The position numbers and the translations under genes are program-made. Below, piece after piece: positions 30,001 to 38,299 of a DNA stretch of 64,000 bases (position 1 is the stretch's first letter; each line of letters starts with the position of its first letter). The DNA lies in the NCBI GenBank assembly GCA_902761055.1, contig CACWIS010000005.1, positions 31,248 through 95,247 on the forward strand, in the 5' to 3' direction. The notes under the pieces were generated by a model, which worked only from the letters and a program-made list of their open reading frames with translations, was not told the DNA's origin and did not search any database. Source of the stretch: Oscillospiraceae bacterium. GTDB taxonomy: Bacteria > Bacillota > Clostridia > Oscillospirales > Oscillospiraceae.

Positions 30001-30535
30001 GGATCTCATGGGAGGTGCGGAAGCCGTCGAAGAAGTGCTGCACGGGGACGTGGCCCTTGATCGCGGCGAGGTGCGCCACCGCGCCGAGATCCATGCACTC
30101 CTGCACGCTGGAGGACGCGAGCTGCGCCCAGCCGATCTGACGGCAGGCCATGACGTCCTGGTGGTCGCCGAAGATGGAGACCGCCTCGGTGGCGACGGAG
30201 CGCGCCGCGACGTGCATGACCGCGGGCAGCAGCAGACCGGCGATGCGGTACATCGGCGGGATCATCAGCATCAGGCCCTGCGCGGAGGTGTAGGTGGTGC
30301 CCAGCGCGCCCGCCTCGAGCGCGCCCTGCATGGCGGCGCAGGCGCCGGCCTCGGCCTGCATCTCCATGAGCTTGACCGGCATGCCGAAGAGGTTTTTCTT
30401 TCCTTTTGCGGCCCATTCGTCAACATGGTTGGCCATGGGGCTGGACGGCGTGATGGGGTAGATCGTCGCGACTTCGGTAAAGGCATAGCTTGCGTACGCG
30501 GCGGCCTCGTTGCCGTCCATGGATTTCCTTACCAT
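27026..30535 (-). CDS. nifJ: pyruvate:ferredoxin (flavodoxin) oxidoreductase
   Basis: Internal ATG at 30535 with AGGAGGG upstream. Starts MVRKSMDGNEAAAYASYAF. Two ferredoxin motifs (CIGCNRCSLVCP and CQGCGSCVNVCP) and the TPP motif GGDGWAYDIGYGG. 1169 aa. Confidence 0.93.
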   Translation of the reverse strand: MVRKSMDGNEAAAYASYAFTEVATIYPITPSSPMANHVDEWAAKGKKNLFGMPVKLMEMQAEAGACAAMQGALEAGALGTTYTSAQGLMLMIPPMYRIAGLLLPAVMHVAARSVATEAVSIFGDHQDVMACRQIGWAQLASSSVQECMDLGAVAHLAAIKGHVPVQHFFDGFRTSHEIQKIDVLDYEELGKMLDWDELKKFRDRSLNPEHPTIRNSGENDDIFFQHREASNPTYDAFPAVVEEYMAKMSALTGRDYKLFNYFGDPEAERVIVAMGSVCQCAQEVVNYLCERGEKVGLIQIRLYRPFSLKHFLAAVPASCKVLTTLDRTKEPGSLGEPIYEDVSAALAESGLKLQLLGGRYGLSSKDTTPAQIKAVFDNMKGERKNHFTVGINDDVTHLSLPVGENIVTSGKSIISCKFWGLGSDGTVGANKNSCKIIGDNTDQYVQAYFQYDAKKSGGLTRSHLRFGHEPIQSTYYVTMADFVACHKQSYMFTYDIVNEVKPGGIFLLNTRWKGETLAENLPNRAKRLLAERKVQFYTIDATDIAEEIGLGNRTSTVLQAAFFKLSGVLPIDQAEEYMKQAAIKTFSKKGEKIVNMNLAAIERGLTDMVKIEVPAEWAELKDEELKIDGDLPEYVRKVLIPMNRADGDNIPVSTFSQYADGVMPISMAKFEKRGVADNVPVWDADKCIGCNRCSLVCPHGAIRPFLFTEEEAAAAPESCVTKKAIGKGFEGLRYRIQVGVLDCQGCGSCVNVCPAKEKALHMVPLDDVRAEQKNWDHCLTLSEKPNPMNKFSAKGSQYEQPLYEFAGACPGCGETPYIKLLTQLFGDRMYTANATGCSQAYGFFAPTFPQTVNKRGFGPAFSNSLFENNAEFALGISLSAEQMREQTALHARAVIEATADEQLKAALQRWLDEGGDVDKTAEVADAVRAALAETKEQSADIDYIRSREDTLTKKAIWMVGGDGWAYDIGYGGLDHVLASGLDLNVLVMDNELYANTGGQSSKATPIGAAVQFAAAGKATPKKDMGVILSNYGYVYVAQINLGANPEHAIRCLKEAAAYHGPSIVIAYAPCINHGLSKGMSKVMDEAKAATECGFWPLYHYNPDIEKEGGNPFVLDSGEPNGKLREYMMGEVRFSSLTRTFPERAELLFAQAEDFTARRYAKYKRLAGKE

Positions 30536-30817
30536 AACAAATAACCCTCCTGTTTTATTCCGTTCTGTTCGGTGGAGTTTTTCATGCTTTGGGGGCGGAG
30601 CGTCCGCACGTTCCGCCATGTCTATTATAATCTTTTTTTGAAGGATTTGGGCGCTTTTTTGCAATTCTATGTTTGGCACAAAAGCGTGCGGGCGCTTTTA
30701 TGCAAAATGCGGAGGAAAAGTGAAAGATTGCTTTCATTATTTGCTTTGATCGGCTCTTCTCGCGAAAAAATGCACCTCTTTTTATTGATTTGCGGGCTTT
30801 GTTTTCCAAAAATGCAT

Positions 30818-30858
30818 GAATCAGGCCGATCCGTTTTTTGTACGGATCGGCCTGATTC
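30818..30858 (-). terminator. stem-loop terminator after acyP
   Basis: Perfect 16-bp stem GAATCAGGCCGATCCG/CGGATCGGCCTGATTC. Confidence 0.65.
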
Positions 30859-30861
30859 GTT

Positions 30862-31152
30862 TCAGTATTCGTCGTCGCACGTGACGAAGCCGCGCTCGTC
30901 CGCCTCCGTCGGGATCGTGTGCGCGCGCAGCTCCTCGACGCGGATATAGAGGCCGCGCTCGATCGCGCGGAGCACCATGTCGATCTGCGCCGGCGTGCCC
31001 TGCAGTTCCATCGTGACGCTGCCGCAGCGGTCGTTGCGCACCCAGCCGGTCACGCCGTATGCCTCCGCCGCGCGGCGCGCGCGCCAGCGAAAGCCCACGC
31101 CCTGGACGGCGCCGGAGAAGATCAGATGCCTGCGGATGATCGGCTCGCTCAT
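30862..31152 (-). CDS. acyP: acylphosphatase
   Basis: Internal ATG at 31152. Carries the signature FSGAVQGVGFRW. 96 aa. ATGA overlap with thpR. Confidence 0.85.
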   Translation of the reverse strand: MSEPIIRRHLIFSGAVQGVGFRWRARRAAEAYGVTGWVRNDRCGSVTMELQGTPAQIDMVLRAIERGLYIRVEELRAHTIPTEADERGFVTCDDEY

Positions 31153-31676
31153 GCTTTTTCCTCCGGCGAAGCGGGAACGGAAGCGAGCTCGGTGTAGAGC
31201 ATGCCGCTGCGCCCGCGTTCGGAGAGCATCAGCGAGATGCGCTCTGCGCGCATTTCCGCGCACGGAAGCTGCGGCGGCGCAAGCGGCTCCCTGCCGCGGT
31301 ACGACGCCTTGCGCAGCAGCGTGACGTGGGGGCGGAAGCTTTTGCGGTCGAAGGGGACGCCCCTCTCCGCGAGGGCGCGGCGCAGCCGCCGCGCGAGCGC
31401 GTCGAGCTGCGCATTCTCCTCCAGCCCCGCCCACCAGGTGTCGCCGAAGGCGCCGACGCCGGAGAGCTTGAGCGGCAGGGGCTCGAAGCGCAGCGTCTCC
31501 ATCGCCTCGCGCACCGCGTCCGGGTCCGGGTACTCGCCGATGAAAGCCAGCGTCAGATGCAGGTTTTCAAGGGGCGTGTAATTGCCCTCGACGCCGCGGC
31601 GGCGAAAGCCGTTCTGGATGCCGCGCAGCGCGTTTTTCATCTCTTTGTCCAGCAGGATCGCGATAAAAAGTCTCAT
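31149..31676 (-). CDS. thpR: RNA 2',3'-cyclic phosphodiesterase (2H family, ThpR/LigT)
   Basis: Internal ATG at 31676. Two HxT motifs (HLTLAF and HVTLLR). ATGA overlap with the upstream gene. Confidence 0.85.
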   Translation of the reverse strand: MRLFIAILLDKEMKNALRGIQNGFRRRGVEGNYTPLENLHLTLAFIGEYPDPDAVREAMETLRFEPLPLKLSGVGAFGDTWWAGLEENAQLDALARRLRRALAERGVPFDRKSFRPHVTLLRKASYRGREPLAPPQLPCAEMRAERISLMLSERGRSGMLYTELASVPASPEEKA

Positions 31677-32581
31677 GTCCCGTCCTCGATGTACCGCTCG
31701 CGCAGCGCCGCGAGCTCGTCCTGCGTCACGCCGCAGGCGCGCGTGAGATAGCCGATCGGGCCGCCCCACTCGCGCTCCATGTACTTCCAGGCGTTTTCGA
31801 GCATCGGCAGATGCACGCCGACGAAGCCGCAGACCGGCGGCATGATCTCCTCCTCCACGCCTTTCTCGCGCAGCCGCCGTTCCAGCGCGGCGACGTCGTC
31901 GGCGTAATAGAGGTTCGAGGTCTCGTAGTCCGCGGCGATCGTCTCCCAGTCCGCGCCGAGCACCTCGAGGATCAGCCCCGCGGCGATGCCGGTGCGGTCC
32001 TTGCCGGTGTGGCAGTGCCAGAGCGCCGCGCCGCTCTCGTTTGCGGCGAGCTCATGGAAAAACAGGCCCAGGTTTTCGCGGCCGAGCGCGCTTTCGAGAT
32101 AGGCGGCGTAGGCCGAGCCGAGGCCGAGATCGCTGCGGCCGCTGCGCGCGCCCTCGCGGGCCGTTTCGATCATCCAGTCGAGCATCCGCTCGCCGCCCGG
32201 CTCGTCCGGCTTGTCGAGCAGGCTCGACGCGTGCCCCTGCGCGCGGGTGAGCAGGCTCTCGCGAAGAAACGCGAAGTCGATGATATCGGTCTGCACCCAT
32301 TTCGCGCCGGGGACGTCGGGGTCCGGCGCGCGGCGGATCTCGCTCTCGCCGCGCATATCGAGGATCAGAGAGAGCCGGTAGCGCTCGCGCAGCACACGCA
32401 GGTCCTCCTCGCTCGCGTCGGCGAGGCGCGACGTGCGCAGCAGCAGCCCGTCGCGCACGCGGCGGCCGTCGCGCAGCACGATCCCGCCGAGCTGGCGGGC
32501 GTTGTTGAGCGAGAGCGGCAGCGCGCTGCGCTCCCGGTGCTCCCGCAGCCGCTCGGGCGCGGTGGCGTTCATCTTGACCAT
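31673..32581 (-). CDS. tyrosine-protein phosphatase family protein (Y_phosphatase3-like)
   Basis: The CX5R P-loop HCHTGKDRTG lies in a 302-aa protein. Confidence 0.8.
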   Translation of the reverse strand: MVKMNATAPERLREHRERSALPLSLNNARQLGGIVLRDGRRVRDGLLLRTSRLADASEEDLRVLRERYRLSLILDMRGESEIRRAPDPDVPGAKWVQTDIIDFAFLRESLLTRAQGHASSLLDKPDEPGGERMLDWMIETAREGARSGRSDLGLGSAYAAYLESALGRENLGLFFHELAANESGAALWHCHTGKDRTGIAAGLILEVLGADWETIAADYETSNLYYADDVAALERRLREKGVEEEIMPPVCGFVGVHLPMLENAWKYMEREWGGPIGYLTRACGVTQDELAALRERYIEDGT

Positions 32582-32620
32582 GCTCGTTCCATCCCTTCCG
32601 TCACGCGCGCCGCCGCGCGA

Positions 32621-34153
32621 TCATTTCTCTTCCAGCATGCTCCCCGTTTCCCGCAGTCTGCGGTGGAAGGCGAAGCACTCGTCCAGCAGGTGCGGCGTCT
32701 GTGCGCCGCCGCTCTGCGCGCAGGCGCGCTCGAAGTAGTCGCGCAGCTGCCCGCGGTAAGCCGGATGGGCGCAGTTTTCGATGATCCGGCGCGCCCGTTC
32801 CTTGGGGCTGAGTCCGCGCAGATCGGCATAGCCCTGCTCGGTCACCAGCACGTCCACGTCGTGCTCGCAGTGGTCGACGTGCGTGACCATCGGCACGATG
32901 CTGGAGATCTTTCCGCCCTTGGCGACGGAGTTGGTCATAAAGATCGAGATCGCGGCGCCGCGGGCGTAGTCGCCGGAGCCGCCGACGCCGTTGTAGACCG
33001 TCGTGCCGTTCATCTGCGAGGAGTTGACGTTGCCGTAGATATCCGCCTCGACGGCGGTATTCATGGCGATCACGCCCAGACGGCGGATCACCTCGGCGCT
33101 GTTGGAGATCTCCGAGTCGCGCAGCACGAGCCGGCCGCGATAATGCTCGAGGTCGCCGAGCAGACGCGCCATCCCGCTCTCGGAGAGCGAGAGAGAGGTC
33201 GCGGAAGCGAAGTCCGCCTTGCCCGCGTCCATCAGATCCAGGATGCCGTCCTGCATGACCTCGGAATAAAAGTTCAGATGATCAAAGTCCGAATCCTTCA
33301 GCCCCAGCAGCACCGCGTTCGCCACGGCGCCGACGCCGGACTGCAGCGGCAGCCGGTCCGCCGAGGGGCGGCCCGCCTCTTTTTCCTTCTGCAGGAAGCG
33401 CACGATGTTGTGCGCGATGGCGTCCGACACGGCGTCCGCGGGCGGGAAGGGCCGCGGCTTTTCCGCGCACTCGCTCACGACCACGGCCGCGATCTTCTCC
33501 GCCGGGCAGCGCAGGTAAGGCTTTCCGATGCGCTGTGCGGGCTGCGTCAGCGGGATCGGCTGCCGCGCCGGAGGATCGTCCGGCCGGTAGATATCGTGCA
33601 GGCCTTCGAGCGCCGCGCTCTGACGGAGGTTCAGCTCCACGACGACGCGCTCCGCGAGATCGATCCAGCTCTGCGAGCAGCCGACCGCCGTCGTGGGGAT
33701 GAGGTTCCCCTCCTCCGTGATCGCCGCCGCCTCGATGAGCGCGACGTCGATCTTTCCGTAAAAGCCGTAGCGCGCGTTCTGCGCGAATTCGCCGAGATGG
33801 ACGTCGCTGTATGCGATCTCCTCCCCGCCGCCGCCGTTCACCGCGGCGCGCAGCGCCTTGCTGGTCATATAGGGCATACGGCGCGCGATGATGCCGCACT
33901 CCGCCCAGGCGCTGTCGAGCTCCTCGCCCGTCGACGCGCCGGAGAGCAGCGTGAGCTTCAGCTTCCGCTCGCCGCGGCGCACCTGTCCGGCCAGCGCCAG
34001 CGGCACGGCCTTCGGGCAGCCGGAGGGCGTAAAGCCGCTGACGGCGACGGTCATACCGTCGCCGATGAGGCGGGCGGCCTCGTCCGCAGACAGGAGCCTG
34101 CCGCGCAGCGCGGCGCAGCGCAGCCGGCTGTCGAGCTCCCTCTCCCCGCTCAT
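32621..34153 (-). CDS. acetyl-CoA hydrolase/transferase family enzyme, succinyl-CoA:acetate CoA-transferase type
   Basis: 510 aa. Contains GMTVAVSGFTPSG, SEVMQDG and NGVGGSGDYARGA. ATGA overlap with the korC stop. Confidence 0.8.
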   Translation of the reverse strand: MSGERELDSRLRCAALRGRLLSADEAARLIGDGMTVAVSGFTPSGCPKAVPLALAGQVRRGERKLKLTLLSGASTGEELDSAWAECGIIARRMPYMTSKALRAAVNGGGGEEIAYSDVHLGEFAQNARYGFYGKIDVALIEAAAITEEGNLIPTTAVGCSQSWIDLAERVVVELNLRQSAALEGLHDIYRPDDPPARQPIPLTQPAQRIGKPYLRCPAEKIAAVVVSECAEKPRPFPPADAVSDAIAHNIVRFLQKEKEAGRPSADRLPLQSGVGAVANAVLLGLKDSDFDHLNFYSEVMQDGILDLMDAGKADFASATSLSLSESGMARLLGDLEHYRGRLVLRDSEISNSAEVIRRLGVIAMNTAVEADIYGNVNSSQMNGTTVYNGVGGSGDYARGAAISIFMTNSVAKGGKISSIVPMVTHVDHCEHDVDVLVTEQGYADLRGLSPKERARRIIENCAHPAYRGQLRDYFERACAQSGGAQTPHLLDECFAFHRRLRETGSMLEEK

Positions 34154-34707
34154 ATTCCCTCCTTGTTCCCCTCCGGGCGGATGAGCGCCGCGCCGGCGGC
34201 GAGCGCCTTCGCGTTGATCTCCTCCGTCCCCGCGGGGATATGCCGCCGGACGCCCTCCGTGAGCGTGCCGTCGTCAAACAGGCCGAGCGCGCGGTTGATC
34301 GCGCCGACGGCGACGATGTTCGCCGTGAAGGCCTTGCCGACCTCCTCGCGCGCCGTGCGCAGGATGGGGATCGCGATCACGCGGCCGCGGTCCATCCAGT
34401 CCGGGACCGTCAGACTCTCGTCGATCATGACGAGGCCGTCCGCGGCCATCTCTTTTCCGTATTTTTCGAGCGAAGCCTGGGTCAGCGCCAGCAGGAAATC
34501 CGGCGTGCTCACCTTGGAGTACCAGATCTTTTCGCGGCCGAGGATCGTCTCGGCCTTGCTCACGCCGCCGCGCGCCTCCGGCCCGTAGGCCTGGGACTGC
34601 ACGGCGTTGAGGCCGCTGATGACCGCGGCCTCGGCGAGGATCACGCTCGCGAGGATCACGCCCTGGCCGCCGGAGCCGGCGAAACGCATTTCCAAACGAT
34701 CTTTCAT
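34150..34707 (-). CDS. korC: 2-oxoacid:ferredoxin oxidoreductase gamma subunit
   Basis: 185 aa. The motif RFAGSGGQGVILA is typical of the gamma subunit. Confidence 0.85.
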   Translation of the reverse strand: MKDRLEMRFAGSGGQGVILASVILAEAAVISGLNAVQSQAYGPEARGGVSKAETILGREKIWYSKVSTPDFLLALTQASLEKYGKEMAADGLVMIDESLTVPDWMDRGRVIAIPILRTAREEVGKAFTANIVAVGAINRALGLFDDGTLTEGVRRHIPAGTEEINAKALAAGAALIRPEGNKEGI

Positions 34708-34720
34708 TTCTCCCGCTCCT

Positions 34721-35569
34721 TTACTTCTTCTTCGCTTTCTGTCTGCATGCCTCGATCACCTTGGCATACTCGTCCGTATACTCCGGATAATCGTTGAAGG
34801 ACAGGACGCCGAGGAGCTTCTTGCCCTCGCGCTCGTTTTCGCTGATGCTGTAATAGCGCGCGGTCGGGATCAGGTTTTCCTTCTGCCATTTGAGCATATC
34901 CACGGCGTCGCCCTTTTTGTTCTTGCGGCCGTAATAGGTCGGGCAGACGGAGTAGACGTCCACCAGCGCGAAGCCCTTGTGCAGGATCGCCTGCTTGATG
35001 AGATCGATCGTCTCGCGCACATGGTAGACGTCGCCCCGCGCGGAGAAGGACGCGCCCGCGCCGGTGGCGAGGTTCGCGATATCGAAGGGCCGGTCCACGT
35101 TGCCGTAGGGCGCGGTGGTAGCCTTGTCGTCGTGCGGCGTGGTCGGCGAGTACTGTCCGCCGGTCATGCCGTAGATGTTGTTGTTGAAGGCGATGACCGT
35201 CAGCCCCAGGTTCCGGCGCGCGGCGTGGATCAGGTGGTTGCCGCCGATGGCGGAGCAGTCGCCGTCGCCCGTGAGGACGATGACGTGCAGCCTGGGGTTG
35301 GCCATCTTGATGCCGGAGGCGAAGGCGATGGCACGGCCGTGGGTCGTGTGGATGGAGTTGAAATCCAGATATCCCGCGGCACGGGACGAGCAGCCGATGC
35401 CGGAGACGATGACGATGTCCTCGCGGTTGATGCTGTTTTCCTCGTCGTGGATCAGCTCGTCGATCGCCACGGCGACGTCGCGCATGATCACGCCGTTGCC
35501 GCAGCCGGGACACCAGATCTGCGGCAGATGGTCGATGCGCATATACAGATGGACCAGATCACTCGGCAT
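34721..35569 (-). CDS. korB: 2-oxoacid:ferredoxin oxidoreductase beta subunit (TPP-binding)
   Basis: Contains WCPGCGNG and the TPP motif LTGDGDCSAIGGNH. Confidence 0.88.
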   Translation of the reverse strand: MPSDLVHLYMRIDHLPQIWCPGCGNGVIMRDVAVAIDELIHDEENSINREDIVIVSGIGCSSRAAGYLDFNSIHTTHGRAIAFASGIKMANPRLHVIVLTGDGDCSAIGGNHLIHAARRNLGLTVIAFNNNIYGMTGGQYSPTTPHDDKATTAPYGNVDRPFDIANLATGAGASFSARGDVYHVRETIDLIKQAILHKGFALVDVYSVCPTYYGRKNKKGDAVDMLKWQKENLIPTARYYSISENEREGKKLLGVLSFNDYPEYTDEYAKVIEACRQKAKKK

Positions 35570-36710
35570 GATGCGTTCCCTCCATTTCGTTGAGCTTCCC
35601 GAGAATATCCGACGGGGAGATCACGGTCCCGTCTACACGGCCGAGGAAGTGGATCGGCCTGGCGCAGCGGGTCACGCGCTGGAGCTCCAGCAGCATCTGG
35701 CCGTGGTTGTGCTCGACCATCAGGATCTGCCTGAGCTGCGGCAGCCGCGCGAGCAGCGCCTTCTCCGGGAAGGGCCAGACCGTGACGGGCCGGAACATGC
35801 CGACCTTTTTGCCCGCCGCCCGCGCCGCGAGCACCGCGTCCATGGCCGCGCGGGCCGTGCCGCCGAAGCAGACGATCGCGGTGTCCGCGTCGTCCATCGC
35901 GAACTCCTCGACGCGGCAGATGTCGTCGGCGTTCTTCTCGACCTTGTCGAGCAGACGGCCGACCAGCTTGCCGGCGATCTCGTTGCTGTTGACCGGGAAG
36001 CCGGACTCGTCGTGCGCAAGGCCGGTGATGTTGTAGCGTTCGCCCTGGCCGAAGGGCTTCATCGCCGGGACGTACTCTCCCTCGGGCACGAAATAGCACT
36101 GCTTGTTCGCGCCGTCGTGGAAGGACATCTTGCGGCGGTTGATGATCAGGCCGCCCGGGTCGGGCAGCTCGACGCCCTCGCGCATGTGCCCGACGATCTC
36201 GTCCATCAGGAAGATGACCGGCGTGCGGTACTTCTCCGCCAGATTGAAGGCGCGGATGATGAGCGTATAGGTCTCCAGTACGGACGACGGCGAGAGCGCG
36301 ATGACCGGATGGTCGCCGTGCGTTCCCCAGCGGGCCTGCATATAGTCGCCCTGCGAGGGCGAGGTCGCAAGTCCGGTCGAGGGACCGGCGCGCTGCACGT
36401 CGATGATCACACAGGGGATCTCGGCCATCACGCCGTAGCCGAGATTTTCCTGCATCAGAGAAAAGCCCGGGCCGGAGGTCGCCGTCATCGCCTTGAGCCC
36501 CGCGGCCGAAGCGCCGAGCACCGCTGCGATCGACGAGATCTCGTCCTCCATCTGGATGAACTTGCCGCCGACCTGCGGAAGTCTCAGGGCGCTCTGCTCC
36601 GCGATCTCTGTGGAGGGCGTGATCGGATAGCCTGCGAAAAAGCGCATGCCCGCCGTGATCGCACCCTCGACCGCGGCTTCGTTGCCCTGCATCAGAATTG
36701 CTTTCGACAT
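35559..36710 (-). CDS. korA: 2-oxoacid:ferredoxin oxidoreductase alpha subunit
   Basis: 383 aa. Contains NEAAVEGAITAGMRFFAGYPITPSTEI. Confidence 0.88.
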   Translation of the reverse strand: MSKAILMQGNEAAVEGAITAGMRFFAGYPITPSTEIAEQSALRLPQVGGKFIQMEDEISSIAAVLGASAAGLKAMTATSGPGFSLMQENLGYGVMAEIPCVIIDVQRAGPSTGLATSPSQGDYMQARWGTHGDHPVIALSPSSVLETYTLIIRAFNLAEKYRTPVIFLMDEIVGHMREGVELPDPGGLIINRRKMSFHDGANKQCYFVPEGEYVPAMKPFGQGERYNITGLAHDESGFPVNSNEIAGKLVGRLLDKVEKNADDICRVEEFAMDDADTAIVCFGGTARAAMDAVLAARAAGKKVGMFRPVTVWPFPEKALLARLPQLRQILMVEHNHGQMLLELQRVTRCARPIHFLGRVDGTVISPSDILGKLNEMEGTHHAE

Positions 36711-36723
36711 GCTCCGTCCCTCC

Positions 36724-36924
36724 TCACTCTTCCTCGTTGACGAGGTAGATCGCGTAGTCCGGGCAGCGCATCTCGCACTGTCCGCACAGAACGCACAGCG
36801 CCGGATCTTTGAGCGTGACCTTTTCGTTGACGATCTCCAGCGCTCCCTTTGGGCAGAACGCGGCGCAGATGCCGCAGCCCTTGCACCAGTTCTGCTCGAT
36901 CACGAGCTTCCTTTTGCCGATCAT
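36724..36924 (-). CDS. korD: 4Fe-4S ferredoxin-type delta subunit
   Basis: 66 aa with CKGCGICAAFCP and CVLCGQCEMRCP. Confidence 0.85.
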   Translation of the reverse strand: MIGKRKLVIEQNWCKGCGICAAFCPKGALEIVNEKVTLKDPALCVLCGQCEMRCPDYAIYLVNEEE

Positions 36925-37013
36925 ATATCGATCTCCTCTGCTTTTGTCGGGGACGGGCGCACAGCCCGTCCGCGTCCGGCGCCGCCCTTTTCTGCGGGCG
37001 CGCCGGACAGTTA

Positions 37014-37042
37014 ATCATACCATGCCGCGCGCGGAAATACAA
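37014..37042 (-). promoter_or_regulatory. sigma-70-like promoter for the kor operon
   Basis: On the minus strand: TTGTAT, 17 nt, TGG-TATGAT (extended -10, 37019-37014). Confidence 0.45.
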
Positions 37043-37144
37043 TGCTTTTCCCGGTCTTTTTCCCCGCGCGGCCGACTCTGCGCTCTATTGCGCGCGGCCG
37101 GGCGGCCGATCCCGCCGCTGCGGGCATGCCCCGGCGCCGACGGC

Positions 37145-37189
37145 AAAACGGCCTCCGGTCTGTATCCAATACAGACCGGAGGCCGTTTT
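37145..37189. terminator. bidirectional intrinsic terminator
   Basis: Stem of about 17 bp, AAAACGGCCTCCGGTCTGTAT/ATACAGACCGGAGGCCGTTTT. Confidence 0.85.
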
Positions 37190-37204
37190 CTGTTTATTCG
37201 GAGT

Positions 37205-37573
37205 TCAGCGATGCTGCCGTGCGTGAGCGCGGATGGCGTCAAAGCTCTCCACGCTCAGGTCGTGCTCGATCTTGCAGGCGTCCTCGCGCGCGGTCTCCGC
37301 GCTGACGCCCAGGCCGATCAGAAGCTCGGTCAAAAGCTTGTGGCGTTCATACATGCGCTTGGCGATCTCCAGTCCCGGCTCGAGCAGTACGATCATCCCC
37401 GCCTGATCGAAGGTGATATACCCGCTCTCCCGCAGGCGCTTGGTGGCATAGCTGACGCTGGGCTTGGTCACGCCCAGCTTTTCCGCCACGTCGATGGAAC
37501 GGACGTAGCCCCGCTCTTCCTTGAGCATGAGCATCGCTTCGAGATAATCTTCCGCTGATTTGTGAATGTTCAT
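37205..37573 (-). CDS. DtxR/IdeR/MntR-family metal-dependent transcriptional regulator
   Basis: Contains SAEDYLEAMLML...VRSIDVAEKLGVTKPSVSYATKRL. The ATG at 37573 is preferred over the TTG at 37585. Divergent from the feo operon. Confidence 0.85.
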   Translation of the reverse strand: MNIHKSAEDYLEAMLMLKEERGYVRSIDVAEKLGVTKPSVSYATKRLRESGYITFDQAGMIVLLEPGLEIAKRMYERHKLLTELLIGLGVSAETAREDACKIEHDLSVESFDAIRAHARQHR

Positions 37574-37702
37574 TTCGTCACCCAATCCTGTATTGAAATC
37601 CCAAAAAACAGAGCTTCTTTGCCTGCGTTTCTTTCGGCTTTTCTATAAGATACCACTAACGCAGGGAAAAAGCAAGAAAAAGAAATAAACGCGAGTTAGT
37701 CA

Positions 37703-37731
37703 TTGACAACATAGATTAAAGGTGCTAAACT
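37703..37731 (+). promoter_or_regulatory. sigma-70-like promoter for the feo operon
   Basis: TTGACA (37703-37708), 17 nt, TGC-TAAACT (37726-37731). Confidence 0.5.
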
Positions 37732-37738
37732 ACGCTCA

Positions 37739-37756
37739 GGTTAAGAAGCTTTAACC
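37739..37756. promoter_or_regulatory. candidate DtxR-family operator
   Basis: Inverted repeat GGTTAA-GAAGCT-TTAACC immediately after the -10 element. It resembles the half-sites of the IdeR/DtxR box TTAGGTTAGCCTAACCTAA. Confidence 0.4.
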
Positions 37757-37825
37757 GCTTTTTTGGAGCCGTCGGTTAGATGTATTTAACATCGATCCGC
37801 GGCATAAGAGAGAGGAGGGTATGCG

Positions 37826-38038
37826 ATGATGCCCCTGATATTGGCGGACACCGGCGAGGAGGCCATCATCAAGCGGGTCGGGGGGAGCCCCGAAATGAAA
37901 AAGCATCTGGAGGACATGGGCTTTACGGTAGGCGGCGCCGTCACGGTGATGAACACCATCGGCGGCAACCTGATCGTGAAGATCAAGGAATCCCGCGTAG
38001 CGATCAGCCGCGAGATGGCCTCGAAGATCATGGTTTGA
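37826..38038 (+). CDS. feoA: ferrous iron transport protein A
   Basis: 70 aa, with GAGGAGGG 6 nt upstream. SH3-like FeoA pattern GEEAIIKRV...MGFTVGGAVTV. Confidence 0.85.
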   Translation: MMPLILADTGEEAIIKRVGGSPEMKKHLEDMGFTVGGAVTVMNTIGGNLIVKIKESRVAISREMASKIMV

Positions 38039-38066
38039 TCAAAATGAAGATAAAGGAGAAATGAGG

Positions 38067-38288
38067 ATGAAAACACTCAGAGACGCAAAAGTCGGCGAGA
38101 CCGTCAAGGTCGTCAAGCTGCACGGCGAGGGCGCGGTCAAGCGCCGCATCATGGACATGGGCATCACCAAGGGGATCGAGGTCTACGTCCGCAAGCTCGC
38201 CCCGCTCGGCGATCCCGTCGAGGTCAACGTGAGAAACTACGAGCTCTCGATCCGCAAGGCGGACGCCGAGATGATCGAAGTGGAATAA
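38067..38288 (+). CDS. feoA: ferrous iron transport protein A (second copy)
   Basis: The ATG at 38067 lies 8 nt after GGAG, whereas the track start at 38061 lies only 2 nt after it. Contains GETVKVVKLHGEGAVKRRIMDMGITKG. Confidence 0.85.
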   Translation: MKTLRDAKVGETVKVVKLHGEGAVKRRIMDMGITKGIEVYVRKLAPLGDPVEVNVRNYELSIRKADAEMIEVE

Positions 38289-38299
38289 GGAGGCGCAAG

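Noticed and set aside
30704-30815. Three copies of AAAATGC (30704, 30767 and 30809) upstream of nifJ, and two AAAGCGCCC motifs, considered as possible regulator sites.
   Set aside because: These are short motifs in an A/T-rich intergenic region, with irregular spacing of 63 and 42 nt, which is compatible with chance. I also could not define a convincing -35/-10 pair for nifJ, so no regulatory call is made.
31811-34588. A 925-aa plus-strand ORF.
   Set aside because: It is antisense to the phosphatase, CoA-transferase and korC genes, and is a high-GC artefact. The same reasoning applies to 9244-11163, 21567-23069, 23391-24713, 25275-27263, 27611-28954, 29078-30544, 35175-36740, 38696-40297, 58559-59965 and 59980-62187.
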